From the IMG/VR virus record IMGVR_UViG_3300028533_000484, positions 32,001-96,000 of that record: a stretch of 64,000 bases of DNA. One strand, given 5' to 3'. The stretch's first letter is position 1; each line of letters starts with the position of its first letter. Position numbers and translations under genes: made by a program. Below, in pieces: positions 9,804 through 18,985 of the stretch. This DNA is from a virus (lineage: Duplodnaviria > Caudoviricetes). The notes under the pieces are model-generated. The model did no database searches and was not told the DNA's origin. It was given only the letters and a program-made list of their open reading frames with translations.

Positions 9804-10120
9804 CTAAAGCTAAGCTGTAAAAGTTCCCTACAGATTTAGCAACACTGTTTGACGGTATCAGGTGTAAAAGCTTTACACAAGTCAAAACCGAAAAGAGTAA
9901 TTTGCTTTTCAACTTTGATAAAAACCGGCCTTTCGTAAGCGCTTACGAATAAAAAAGGGAACACCTTTTTTGAATACAGTAATATAGACTTTTCTATATT
10001 GTAAAAAGTTGTGGCTATGCAACTTAAAAAGATACAACACTGCAGGAAGTCAGCTGTTTGACTTTGTTAACGTTGTTACATAGTGTTTGTGAGTTGCTGC
10101 AAACTGCAACTCCTTTTCAA

Positions 10121-10219
10121 CACTGTCTAGCAAAATACAGATAGGCGCGCGCTTATTGCTTATCTAGGATAATGTGCCATTGCGCGATGGAGGTCCAGGT
10201 TCGAGTCCTGGGGCAGTGA
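10121..10219 (+). ncRNA. tRNA-like RNA with elongated anticodon arm
   Basis: CACTGTC/GGCAGTG acceptor; CCAGG-TTCGAGT-CCTGG T arm; no 7-nt anticodon loop. Confidence 0.55.
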
Positions 10220-10288
10220 AAATCGATACTCGACGGAGTTCGATAGTAGGCGACCCATATCCGACGGGAGTGGTTGAATCGTCGAAGT

Positions 10289-10382
10289 GGCTTATTCGTC
10301 TAAGGTTGAGTAACGTCAACTAAAGGTAAGGACGCTGGTGTATATTCACCGGAAATGGTGAGTTCAATTCTCCCATAAGTTA
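10289..10382 (+). ncRNA. tRNA-like RNA with hairpin inserted in the D loop and an irregular anticodon loop
   Basis: GGCTTAT/ATAAGTT acceptor; GGTTGA..TCAACT insert; CTGGTG-TATATT-CACCGG arm; TTCAATT T loop. Confidence 0.55.
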
Positions 10383-10391
10383 CATTTTTGT

Positions 10392-10448
10392 AGTGCATAA
10401 GTTGTTCCTATTGTAAAGAATGCTTTTGGTTTTTATACAACTCGCACT
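10392..10448 (+). repeat. Clamp element 2 (no tRNA cargo)
   Basis: AGTGC-ATA-AGTTGT-TCCT-AT ... AT-ACAACT-C-GCACT. Confidence 0.75.
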
Positions 10449-10673
10449 TTTATTTTTAAGCTAAAACGGTCAAATAACATTAGCAAGCAAGACCTGTTGT
10501 CCGTTATCTGAAGGGTCTCTAAACAAGGTGTTAATGTGTATGACAATTTCTAGATCATGTCACGTGGCTTAAGGGATGAGCCCTTCACAAGGAGTAAGAG
10601 TCTCCGGAGTTATAGGATTAGAAATTGTAACGAAACAGCACCCTTTTGACAGAGGTTGTGATAGGACGTTTGT

Positions 10674-10747
10674 GGAGTTATGGAGCAGATGGTTAGCTCA
10701 GGTGACTGTCACTCACCAGGTCACGGGTTCGAGTCCCGTTAACTCCG
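10674..10747 (+). tRNA. tRNA-Asp(GTC)
   Basis: GGAGTTA/TAACTCC acceptor; GGTGA-CTGTCAC-TCACC. Confidence 0.9.
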
Positions 10748-10808
10748 TACAAAAGTAGCATTAGTGGTTGCAAACACGAGGCTATTGTAGGAAATTCGAA
10801 ATTCCTAT

Positions 10809-10973
10809 CGATTATATGGTGTATGGGTGCACAGCCGGCCCGAGTACTTGACAATAAGGCCTGACGATAGCTTACGACCTGCATTAAGCAGACGACGGAG
10901 CGACAATAGGGCCTGACGATAAAGGAAACAGGTCGGCAGGGTGAGTTAAGGTTCGAGTCCTTCGTATAATTGT
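10809..10973 (+). ncRNA. tRNA-like scaffold with a large repeat-containing domain in place of the anticodon loop
   Basis: CGATTATA/TATAATTG acceptor-like stem, D arm, GCCGGCC/GGTCGGC stem, AAGG-TTCGAGT-CCTT T arm; two copies of GACAATARGGCCTGACGATA. Confidence 0.6.
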
Positions 10974-10979
10974 ATTTAC

Positions 10980-11052
10980 AGCGGGATAAAGCAGTTGGCA
11001 GCTTGCGAGCCCCATAAGCTCGATGTCGAAGGTTCGAGTCCTTCTCCCGCCA
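10980..11052 (+). tRNA. tRNA-Met(CAT), initiator-like 1:72 mismatch
   Basis: CGAGC-CCCATAA-GCTCG; A1:C72 mismatch; C at position 33. Confidence 0.8.
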
Positions 11053-11057
11053 AAACA

Positions 11058-11181
11058 AACGCATAGGTTGTTCCTATTCTCAGAGTTGTCGAGTAGCTCA
11101 ATTTGGTAGAGCACTAGATATCTAATCTAGAGGTTGTGAGTTCGAATCTCACCTCAACGTCCATGATATACAACTCGCGTT
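11058..11181 (+). repeat. Clamp element 3 enclosing a linear tRNA
   Basis: AACGC-ATA-GGTTGT-TCCT-AT ... AT-ACAACT-C-GCGTT. Confidence 0.75.
11087..11163 (+). tRNA. tRNA-Arg(TCT), A33 variant, with encoded CCA
   Basis: CTAGA-TATCTAA-TCTAG; GTGAG-TTCGAAT-CTCAC; ends TCCA. Confidence 0.75.
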
Positions 11182-11199
11182 CGATTTTAGAAAATTATT

Positions 11200-11325
11200 G
11201 TGCCAAAGCTGTTCCTATTTCAAAGGACTGTTAATCCGTGGGTCGTTGGTTCGATTCCAACCTGACTTCGAAATTAAGTAGAAGCAGTAGCTCAGTGGTA
11301 GAGCAACGCAAAATACAGCTCGCAC
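11200..11325 (+). ncRNA. Clamp element 4 enclosing a circularly permuted tRNA-Asn(GTT) (11225-11307)
   Basis: GGA-CTGTTAA-TCCGT, T arm GTTGG-TTCGATT-CCAAC, 3' acceptor CTGACTTC, loop, 5' acceptor GAAGCAG, D arm TAGCTCAGTGGTAGAGC; flanked by AGCTGT-TCCT-ATTT / AAAT-ACAGCT-C-GCAC. Confidence 0.85.
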
Positions 11326-11330
11326 TTTTT

Positions 11331-11404
11331 GCGTTGGTAGTTTAATTGGATAAAACACCGGCCATTCCAGGTCGGAATTATTAGTTCGAATCTAATTCAA
11401 CGCT
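11331..11404 (+). tRNA. tRNA-Gly(TCC)-like with 8-nt anticodon loop
   Basis: GCGTTGG/TCAACGC acceptor, U73; CCGGC-CATTCCAG-GTCGG. Confidence 0.6.
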
Positions 11405-11411
11405 TTTATTT

Positions 11412-11483
11412 GGCCGCTTCGTCTATCGGTTAGGACGGGTCCCTCTCAAGGATCAAAGAGCAGTTCGATTCTGCTAGTGGCTA
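11412..11483 (+). tRNA. tRNA-Glu(CTC)
   Basis: GGTCC-CTCTCAA-GGATC; canonical D and T arms. Confidence 0.85.
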
Positions 11484-11502
11484 ATTTTTAAGGTTGCAAA
11501 GA

Positions 11503-11946
11503 GTGAAAACTTTATTAAATGAAATGGCTACTTTGCGAAAAGCAAAAACAGGTTTACCTGTAAACATCTATGTTGATGATGCAGGTACATACTTGAATAG
11601 TGGACATTTTAAAAGAATAAAATTTCAAAAAGATTATGGCAATGCTCCAGTAACTAGGGAATTTGCTACAATGACATTGGAAGGAGACTTAATTCAAAGT
11701 ACAATGTCAAATTGTGAAGTTAAAGCAAAAGACCTGAACAAAATAAGGAATTTTGTTTTAAATAATAAAGAAGCTTTAAGTCATCTAGCAGATGCAGAAA
11801 TTGATATTTTTGAATTTTCAGAAATAATGATTCCTGGAGGAGAGAAAGCTACTTTAGAGCAAATTAAAGCTCAGAGGACTTTATTGGATGAGCTTTTGGA
11901 TAATTTAAAACCTGAAAACGCTAATTTAAGTTTTAGTGTTAGATAA
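11503..11946 (+). CDS. Conserved phage hypothetical protein
   Basis: LNEMA..KTGLPVNIYVDD..H..RIKF pattern; GTG start is probable. Confidence 0.7.
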   Translation: MKTLLNEMATLRKAKTGLPVNIYVDDAGTYLNSGHFKRIKFQKDYGNAPVTREFATMTLEGDLIQSTMSNCEVKAKDLNKIRNFVLNNKEALSHLADAEIDIFEFSEIMIPGGEKATLEQIKAQRTLLDELLDNLKPENANLSFSVR

Positions 11947-12011
11947 AAAATATTTAAAAAAATAAAATTACAAAAAGTTAACCTTTCCAAATTGGAAAGG
12001 CTTTTCTATTT

Positions 12012-12161
12012 TTAACTACAATTAAGTATTTCGTCAGAAGGATCAAACATATAATCTTGTACTTGATTTACATCCTCCTCGTAATCTAAATCATTATTAG
12101 AAGAAGCTTCTACCAACAATCCCCACAATTCAAATTCCTCGGATAGATTTTCGTAACTCAA
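12012..12161 (-). CDS. Small acidic protein (49 aa, not in ORF track)
   Basis: ACTAATT motif, AGGAGG RBS, TTG start, open to TAA next to a hairpin terminator. Confidence 0.55.
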   Translation of the reverse strand: MSYENLSEEFELWGLLVEASSNNDLDYEEDVNQVQDYMFDPSDEILNCS

Positions 12162-12243
12162 TTAAAGCCTCCTAGACTTCTTTTTTCTTAATTAGTACAG
12201 ATATAGGTAATTCCAACTATATTGATGTAAAAAGGAAAAAAGA

Positions 12244-13167
12244 ATGAAATCAACAAGTATTAGTAGAATTAAGAATTTTAAACATTGTCCACTGTCATAT
12301 TTGTACACTTACATTGACAAGTTTGTACCGACTGAACAACAACCGATCTTTGTACAAACCAAAGGTCTGGTTCTACATCAAGTTTTCGAAAGTATTCTCA
12401 AATATGAAAACTACAAAGATGGAGAACCTACTCTTCCTTACAGAAAAGCTGACACAAAAACAGTTATGGATGTTTTTAAAGCTGCAATGGAAGAAAATGA
12501 ATTTCCAATAGACAAAGCTATTGAATTTAATCTTAAACTTGGATTAAAGAGATGGCTTGACTTTAAGCATAATTATTTGGATAAGAATAGTCACGTAATG
12601 TATGCTGAAAAGCAGTATAACGAAATTCTTTTTGGCGAAACAAAAACAATTACAATTTTGGACTTGTTAGAGGATTGTGGTGATGGAAATTATATCATTT
12701 ACGACTACAAAACTCCAAAATCTGTAGATGTAAACAGATACAAAGAGCAGTTGCTTTTGTATGCATATACTATGGCCTGTGTAAAAGGAATTATTACACC
12801 AGGTTCAAACGACTATGATACAGTTAAACAACATTTTAAACTCTTCGTATTCTTTCCTCTGGTAAGTGGTAATTTTGATACATACGAAAAGTGCTTAAAG
12901 CAGGTGGAATTTACAGCTAATGAGGTTAAACATGTTGTAGAAGATGTAAAAAGAACTTGCGACATTATCGATGGTTTTGACTTTACAAAGCCTGCAGAAG
13001 TTTTGCAGTTAAGTAGTCCTGATTTTCAATGTAAGTGGTGTGCATTTTACGGAGCACATGCACAACCAGATACTGTATCAAAAAATGGTAGAGCTTTCGA
13101 AGGTTGTCCAATAACTGCATTTATGGGAGTAGATCCAATCAATGCAGAATTTCAACCTGTCCTTTAA
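12244..13167 (+). CDS. PD-(D/E)XK nuclease, Cas4/RecB/AddB-like with Fe-S cysteines
   Basis: SISRI..F..CP, GLVLH, E..LD..DYKT, QLLLY, CKWC...C. Confidence 0.85.
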   Translation: MKSTSISRIKNFKHCPLSYLYTYIDKFVPTEQQPIFVQTKGLVLHQVFESILKYENYKDGEPTLPYRKADTKTVMDVFKAAMEENEFPIDKAIEFNLKLGLKRWLDFKHNYLDKNSHVMYAEKQYNEILFGETKTITILDLLEDCGDGNYIIYDYKTPKSVDVNRYKEQLLLYAYTMACVKGIITPGSNDYDTVKQHFKLFVFFPLVSGNFDTYEKCLKQVEFTANEVKHVVEDVKRTCDIIDGFDFTKPAEVLQLSSPDFQCKWCAFYGAHAQPDTVSKNGRAFEGCPITAFMGVDPINAEFQPVL

Positions 13168-13169
13168 TA

Positions 13170-13877
13170 CTACCAATACTCGCCTTCATCCAAAACAGCA
13201 AACTTGTTAAGAACTTGGTTAAGGATGTTGGTTGAAATAAGTGTATGACTATCTTCAGTACTGTTAAAATTATCTGAAGGTAGTGTATACTCTAATTCAT
13301 CTGTTACATGTAGACTAGCTTTATTTCCAGTAGTTTGATTTTTTAATAACCAAATTCTATCATCGAAAGGTGGAATATAATTTTGTAGAGTCTCTTGTAA
13401 ATTCTTACCAATGTAAATCCAACCTGAAAAATACAACTTGTCAAGATCTAAGCCTGTCTCAAGTCTACAATCGTTGAAATTGAAATTAGGATCAACACTT
13501 GTATAAGGTAAAGGATAGTTTCCATCCGAAAAACTAGGTGTATAATCCCTAGAGATAGTCATCGAAGGAAGGATGACATTTCTTAAAGTCTCTTCATCGT
13601 TATTGAACTCTAATTTCCAAGACCTTCCTTGTCTAAACTCTTTCGTAAGCTGAAAGTTGGATAAATAAATCAGATAATCGTATGTATTCTCGTGCTCTGT
13701 TTTCTGAAAAACATATACTGTATAATTTGAGACTCCATCTGGATTAGACTTAATAAAAGAGTCTCTTGCTTCTGAAATATCAGGAGCTACAGTCGGTATA
13801 GCATCTACAAATACATACTTTGACCAAACCTGATTAAACTCTGTAAAATTGTTATTATTCTCGACAATATTGCTCAT
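13170..13877 (-). CDS. Putative virion structural protein
   Basis: Likely start MSNIVE at 13877 just after ACTAATT; N/S/T-rich composition. Confidence 0.6.
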   Translation of the reverse strand: MSNIVENNNNFTEFNQVWSKYVFVDAIPTVAPDISEARDSFIKSNPDGVSNYTVYVFQKTEHENTYDYLIYLSNFQLTKEFRQGRSWKLEFNNDEETLRNVILPSMTISRDYTPSFSDGNYPLPYTSVDPNFNFNDCRLETGLDLDKLYFSGWIYIGKNLQETLQNYIPPFDDRIWLLKNQTTGNKASLHVTDELEYTLPSDNFNSTEDSHTLISTNILNQVLNKFAVLDEGEYW

Positions 13878-13928
13878 TATAACCAAAATTAGTTGCAATC
13901 AAAACACTTCCAAACTAATTTTGTAAAT

Positions 13929-15344
13929 ATGGAACAGCACAATTACACAGTTACAACTCCTTTAAAGAGTGTTTTGATTGAGGAGATATTTATAACTTCG
14001 CAACTACAACTTTTAAGTCTTGAAGACAACTTCATAGAGAGTTCTTTGCAAAATATGACTCGCGAAGAGTATGAAATTGTATCTCAATTGCAGCAATTGG
14101 CAATTGAGGACTTCGCTATTGTTCCAGATAATTTACAGTTAGCTAGTTTTTATTTCGCTGAAAGATTTATGTATTCAGATCTAACAGGTTTTGAAAATCA
14201 TAAATACAAGATAAACTGCAAACTTGCAAACTTGTCAGAAGATTACAAGGAAATTACAACAAACTTGGTTGAAAGACCCTGGACAATCATACTAGCAGTT
14301 AATCACAACTTAGCACAAGCTTCTAACAATAAACATGTTGAAGAGCTTTTAGATCCACAGGAGTTCAACACTGCTTTAGAAAAGTTAAAAAAACAGTTTG
14401 ATGAGGATGAGATAAATTGGCAAGAATATGGCGTTGGTGTAATAAACACTTGGTTGGATAAAGTAGCAGCTAGTAAAATTGATGAATGGAACGGAAATTT
14501 TCAGGATGGTGTAAAGGCTGTTCAAAAGTTCAACAATGCTCTTCAAAATTACACTGGTATATCTGCAGGTAGTGTAACAGGAAAAATTGCTTCAGGTATA
14601 TCAGGAGCAATGAGAGAAGTTAGCTCTGCTTTTAGATCATCAAATTCAGAACTTGCAGCCAAATTGTCGAGTTCAGGTGCTAGTCCTCTTATAAGTGTTC
14701 CAGATCCTTCTAAAGCACATTATGTTGGCGAAGATAATCCTTCAGCTACTTTACATAGAATGCTTACTTCGCCAGATGCTCAATTGCAGAGATTTGTTGC
14801 ATATTTTACAACTAAGGATAAAAATGGTGAAGAGCATCCTCTAAAGATGTTGTCTCCTGACGAGCAGTCCGACTACTTTTATTACTTTTACTCAAACGGT
14901 TTCAGTTGCAATCCTGTAAAGAAAACCACTACAGAATTAAGCTATGGTGCATTTAAGACAACTATTGCTTTGGAAAAGCCAGATGTAAATAATACATTCA
15001 ATTTTTCTCTTCCTACTGATCTTCAAGCTACTTTTTGGAAATTTGTTCTAGAAAAAGGTCTAGGAGTAAACATTAAGGATAATATATATTCAAGTGAAAA
15101 CTTTATCGAAGGTTATCAATCTATAAATCTCAATTTTGCACTGCTTCAGAGTACAACAGATGGTACAAAACTTAATGCAGATACAGCTAGAGTGAATAAA
15201 TTTGTTTTGGAAAACATATATTTCTCGAACATCGATGCTTTGAAATTTCAGCAAGATTTTGGTACTAGTCCTGTTAAAACAGGTATAAAAGGTATCTATA
15301 AACGCTTAACTTGGTATCACAATGCTTTGCTTTTAGATAGATAA
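13929..15344 (+). CDS. Putative virion (tail/baseplate) protein
   Basis: Likely start MEQHNY at 13929 just after ACTAATT; function inferred from promoter class only. Confidence 0.55.
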   Translation: MEQHNYTVTTPLKSVLIEEIFITSQLQLLSLEDNFIESSLQNMTREEYEIVSQLQQLAIEDFAIVPDNLQLASFYFAERFMYSDLTGFENHKYKINCKLANLSEDYKEITTNLVERPWTIILAVNHNLAQASNNKHVEELLDPQEFNTALEKLKKQFDEDEINWQEYGVGVINTWLDKVAASKIDEWNGNFQDGVKAVQKFNNALQNYTGISAGSVTGKIASGISGAMREVSSAFRSSNSELAAKLSSSGASPLISVPDPSKAHYVGEDNPSATLHRMLTSPDAQLQRFVAYFTTKDKNGEEHPLKMLSPDEQSDYFYYFYSNGFSCNPVKKTTTELSYGAFKTTIALEKPDVNNTFNFSLPTDLQATFWKFVLEKGLGVNIKDNIYSSENFIEGYQSINLNFALLQSTTDGTKLNADTARVNKFVLENIYFSNIDALKFQQDFGTSPVKTGIKGIYKRLTWYHNALLLDR

Positions 15345-15413
15345 GAATTATAGAAAGCACATATTCAATTTTACTATAATCTAGAAAAATAACTAGAAAT
15401 GGAGTAAAATTGA

Positions 15414-16613
15414 ATGTCTATAAGTTTTAATATTGATATCGAAAAATTACAGAATTTAAATGGCATTAGAGCAGAAGCACTCTTCAAGTATCTTAAAAGA
15501 GTCTCTAAGAACAATACACCAATTGTAATGCATGCAACAAAAAAAGAAAATTATTGGGATTGTTATATCGTAGAATGTTCAATACCAACAAGTATCTTTT
15601 CAAAGATAAAACTTCCTGCAGAAAAAGATCAAAATCCAGAAGGTACAAGTTTCAATCTTCAATTAACTTCAGACCTTATTGATGAGTTTGCAGATGGTAC
15701 AGATTTTACAGTAAAAAATACAACAATCGATATTGTTAGACCTGGATTCAAAGCAAGGTGTGGAAGAATTGGTTTATCTGAGTCTCTAGAAGAGCAGTTG
15801 GAGGATTTCTTAGGAATGTTAAATGTGGATGGTGTAGCAAATACAGCAAAACTCTACATTCAAAATTCTTCGGAAACAATTAACATTTTGAAAAACCTAA
15901 AGACAGCACCAGATGCGGCTATCTTTGTTAACAAGAGTAGTGTTACGTTGATGAAGGATACAGTATTCTTTAGAACAAAGAATTTAGATAAATTCGAAGA
16001 CAATGGTGCAGCAGATGTTTACATTAACATGTATCTTGCAAACATGATTACAGGTTTCTTAGATTATTCGGATTTGGTTACTTTAGAAATTAAAGATAAC
16101 AAAACAGTAGTTACTGGATATGAAGGAACTGAAGAGATTCCAGAAAACATAATTGTAAGAAATATTTCAGCAACCTATGAAACAGATGTTAGTAATCCTA
16201 CAGATGAAGACTTGGAAGCAAACTTTCCAAATGAGGCTGAAGCAAATATCGTTTCGTTGGACATGGAAACATTTATTCAAACTTTGGAAAAACAAAAAGG
16301 AAGTATTTTAACTTTTTCTGATGCTAAGAACTGGCAAGCAAAACTATTCAAGAATGGCAATGGTCTAACGCTTGGCTTTGCTAAAATTGATAGTCCTACA
16401 GAAGTAAATGTTACTGTAAGTATTGGTGAGATTGAAAAAGAGGATGTTGAAGCAGAAGAATTTACAGAGTATTCTACAATTCTTCCATTGGATTTGATTA
16501 CAAACATTTTCCACGATAGTTTAAGTCTTGAAATAGTTTATCAAAATGATGAGGATACAGCAGTATTGTTTAGAATTGGAGATTCAAAAATTCTAAGTGG
16601 TAAAATCTACTAA
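15414..16613 (+). CDS. Acidic 399-aa protein, possible DNA sliding clamp
   Basis: Size, acidity and repeated helix/strand pattern resemble beta-clamps; no diagnostic motif. Confidence 0.35.
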   Translation: MSISFNIDIEKLQNLNGIRAEALFKYLKRVSKNNTPIVMHATKKENYWDCYIVECSIPTSIFSKIKLPAEKDQNPEGTSFNLQLTSDLIDEFADGTDFTVKNTTIDIVRPGFKARCGRIGLSESLEEQLEDFLGMLNVDGVANTAKLYIQNSSETINILKNLKTAPDAAIFVNKSSVTLMKDTVFFRTKNLDKFEDNGAADVYINMYLANMITGFLDYSDLVTLEIKDNKTVVTGYEGTEEIPENIIVRNISATYETDVSNPTDEDLEANFPNEAEANIVSLDMETFIQTLEKQKGSILTFSDAKNWQAKLFKNGNGLTLGFAKIDSPTEVNVTVSIGEIEKEDVEAEEFTEYSTILPLDLITNIFHDSLSLEIVYQNDEDTAVLFRIGDSKILSGKIY

Positions 16614-16667
16614 GTTAAAAACTTAACTATACTCCTAACGTATTTTAAATAATAGGAGTGAACTGTT

Positions 16668-17453
16668 TTGATTTTAGAATTGAAGAAATTCACTGAAGAA
16701 CAATATATCAAGGCTAAAGAGGAATTTTACAAAAAGCCTGGTATTCCAGATATAGAATTGGAATTGGAAGGATATCAAAAAGAATTGTTACTTAAAAACA
16801 ATTTTAATATCCTTCCTCAGTTTCAAAAAACATTAGCTGTTTATTCGAAATCCCTTTTATTGCAAAGACTTTCTGTACTAGGTGACTATATTGAACCTGA
16901 AAAAGTTGAAGAGTTGTCCGATTTAGCTGCAGAAAACTTCATTAAAAGATACTTTAGAAACGATGATCCAATCGTAGGTGCCTCTTTCGCAGGAATTTTA
17001 CAATTCAAAGTAAAAGAAGTTCTGTCAATCTACTTTAAGAGTTCTGCTATTGAATCTAATGTATCTCTTGACACTGAGGTAGGAAAAGCTACTGGCAATA
17101 GTTCACTAACAGTTGAACAAATTCTTGCATACAAAGGTTATGAGGATAGAACTACAGATGATCTAGATCCTCAAATAAGTTATGAGGATTCTGTAGAAGA
17201 TATACTTGCAAAGATTCAGGACGAATGCGAATTGTTAAAAAAGATTAATAAGAATAAAAACTTGAATAAGTACTTTTTACAATACCTTGTCTATTTATGT
17301 ATACTTCAATCTTCAAGATTGGAAAAGAGATTAAATACTATCTCAGGTCAGGCTGTTAAGCTCATCTTTGATGACGAGGGAAGTATTAATTCCATTCTTC
17401 CAATCCTTGAAAGTTCGCTATTAGATATTTCCGAAAGAATTATCGGTTATTAA
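16668..17453 (+). CDS. Hypothetical helical protein, possibly sigma-factor-like
   Basis: All-helical with a VSLD motif mid-protein; weak. Confidence 0.3.
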   Translation: MILELKKFTEEQYIKAKEEFYKKPGIPDIELELEGYQKELLLKNNFNILPQFQKTLAVYSKSLLLQRLSVLGDYIEPEKVEELSDLAAENFIKRYFRNDDPIVGASFAGILQFKVKEVLSIYFKSSAIESNVSLDTEVGKATGNSSLTVEQILAYKGYEDRTTDDLDPQISYEDSVEDILAKIQDECELLKKINKNKNLNKYFLQYLVYLCILQSSRLEKRLNTISGQAVKLIFDDEGSINSILPILESSLLDISERIIGY

Positions 17454-18931
17454 AACTGAAAGTTTAATTTATCTAACTTTTCTTGAATGCTTGCTTTCTT
17501 CTCGTATTTGGTATTTATCCATTTCGTAGAAGGAGCAAATTCAAGATCGTATTTAAGCAACAAAGCTAAACATTCTGCACAAGTATCAGAAGCATCTTTC
17601 GCATTTACTCCTAATTGAGAAGTTTCCCAACTTGTATCCTCAGACTCATTACAAACCTTTCCCTTAAAGTGATCTACCTTTATTGTACCGGATTCACGTT
17701 TCGTCCAGTGAATAGATCTTAGATTGTTCTTTAAGAAAACATTTTTACCTGCAAAGAATCTTTCATGAGTAATGTAGTCAATTAAAGCTTGATATGGTTC
17801 ATTCTTTTTATCTGCAGAAATATAATCGATTGGAATTCCACGTCTTTTTAAAGCCTGTCTAGTTGCATCAGATTGGAAATTATCGAAATTGACCATACCT
17901 AAATTGATGTTTCCTAAATCAATTAAGTCTAGAATAAAACATTTAATAGCTTCTAGATTTATTTTTGTACCTCCTGTAGGCACAAGCATAATAGTAAAAT
18001 CAACTACCATTACATTCATTGTATCAGACGGTCCATCTTTTGTATTTACATACTCCCAGTGAGCCATTGTAATAGCAGTAGCGTCTCCTGATGTAGATTG
18101 ATCGACTGCTAAGACACGTTTTGCACCAGGCTCTCGATAGAACATGTAATCTGTGTTGAATTTAACAAAGAACTGATCCTTAATTTTATCCCAAATAAGT
18201 CCTTCAGGTTTCAAATCTGCATCGGCAACAATTGCAGTATATATGTTTCTAAGATCATTGTCAAATATATTTTCAATTGTACTACCAGCTTGGAAAATTC
18301 TATCAGATGAACCTGCAGGAATACCAGCCCAGTCTCGTAAAAATTCAACAGGGTTTTGAATTGCAAGAGACATTAAGTTGATTTGTCCAGTAGGTTTAAT
18401 ATCGCGTCTAGGACACCAAACAAGATCTAAAGGATCGTACAAAGCGGCTTCTGCATCTGTTTTACATGCTTTTGGAGGTTCTGATTTACCACCTTTGTAA
18501 CACTGGAATCCAACATCCCAGTTGTGCACTTCTCTACCTTTTGCATCAAAAAACTCTGGAAACTCTTTTTGAAAATAGTCCCATTTAGCACCTAGTACAC
18601 AGTACCATTTTGGATCGTATATAGCCTCTTCCCAAATCCATTTATCAATTGGAGACTCCATCGAAAAAGGAGAAGAGTCTATCATATATCTTCCTAAGTA
18701 GTGGTTGTTCATACGAGAATCAACACGTTGACAAGCCTTATCAAAAAACGATTTAATCTGCTCTTTTGTCCATCCGTTCTGCTCCCACCAAGCCAGCTCG
18801 GTAAAGACTGCTGCAATAATTGTATTATGAGTTAATATTTTTTCGTCAGTAACATACATTTCATCTTTAGCAGACACTTTTATGCACTGACATTCTTCTT
18901 TTCCTACATATTTTATAGACTTAATTTTCAT
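17450..18931 (-). CDS. terL: Terminase large subunit C-terminal part, preceded by a 36-aa split-intein C fragment
   Basis: MKIKSIKYVGKEECQCIKV...ILTHN|T; then Walker-B-like AAVFTE, nuclease motifs LAVDQSTSGDAT, FDNFQS and KDASD. Confidence 0.9.
   Translation of the reverse strand: MKIKSIKYVGKEECQCIKVSAKDEMYVTDEKILTHNTIIAAVFTELAWWEQNGWTKEQIKSFFDKACQRVDSRMNNHYLGRYMIDSSPFSMESPIDKWIWEEAIYDPKWYCVLGAKWDYFQKEFPEFFDAKGREVHNWDVGFQCYKGGKSEPPKACKTDAEAALYDPLDLVWCPRRDIKPTGQINLMSLAIQNPVEFLRDWAGIPAGSSDRIFQAGSTIENIFDNDLRNIYTAIVADADLKPEGLIWDKIKDQFFVKFNTDYMFYREPGAKRVLAVDQSTSGDATAITMAHWEYVNTKDGPSDTMNVMVVDFTIMLVPTGGTKINLEAIKCFILDLIDLGNINLGMVNFDNFQSDATRQALKRRGIPIDYISADKKNEPYQALIDYITHERFFAGKNVFLKNNLRSIHWTKRESGTIKVDHFKGKVCNESEDTSWETSQLGVNAKDASDTCAECLALLLKYDLEFAPSTKWINTKYEKKASIQEKLDKLNFQF
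18824..18931 (-). mobile_element. Split intein C fragment (IntC, 36 aa)
   Basis: Block F (CQCIKV) and block G (LTHN) followed by Thr+1. Confidence 0.9.
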
Positions 18932-18985
18932 TTATATAAATTAGTGAATAACTCTGTTTCGTTCCGTTAAACTATAATATATATT

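Noticed and set aside
10850-10940. Hammerhead ribozyme (CTGACGA...GAAA)
   Set aside because: Stems I-III cannot be formed around the core.
9222-11114. ORF-track entries across tRNA cluster 1, and 61783-62888, 63473-63918 in cluster 2
   Set aside because: They overlap tRNA or structured RNA genes and lack RBS; spurious.
11087-11163. Amber suppressor tRNA (CTA appears in the anticodon loop)
   Set aside because: The stem CTAGA/TCTAG places TCT, not CTA, at positions 34-36.
9593-11325. CRISPR array (recurring TGTTCCTA repeat; Cas4-like gene nearby)
   Set aside because: Repeats are bipartite, covarying and irregularly spaced; the nuclease is a stand-alone phage PD-(D/E)XK enzyme with no other cas genes.
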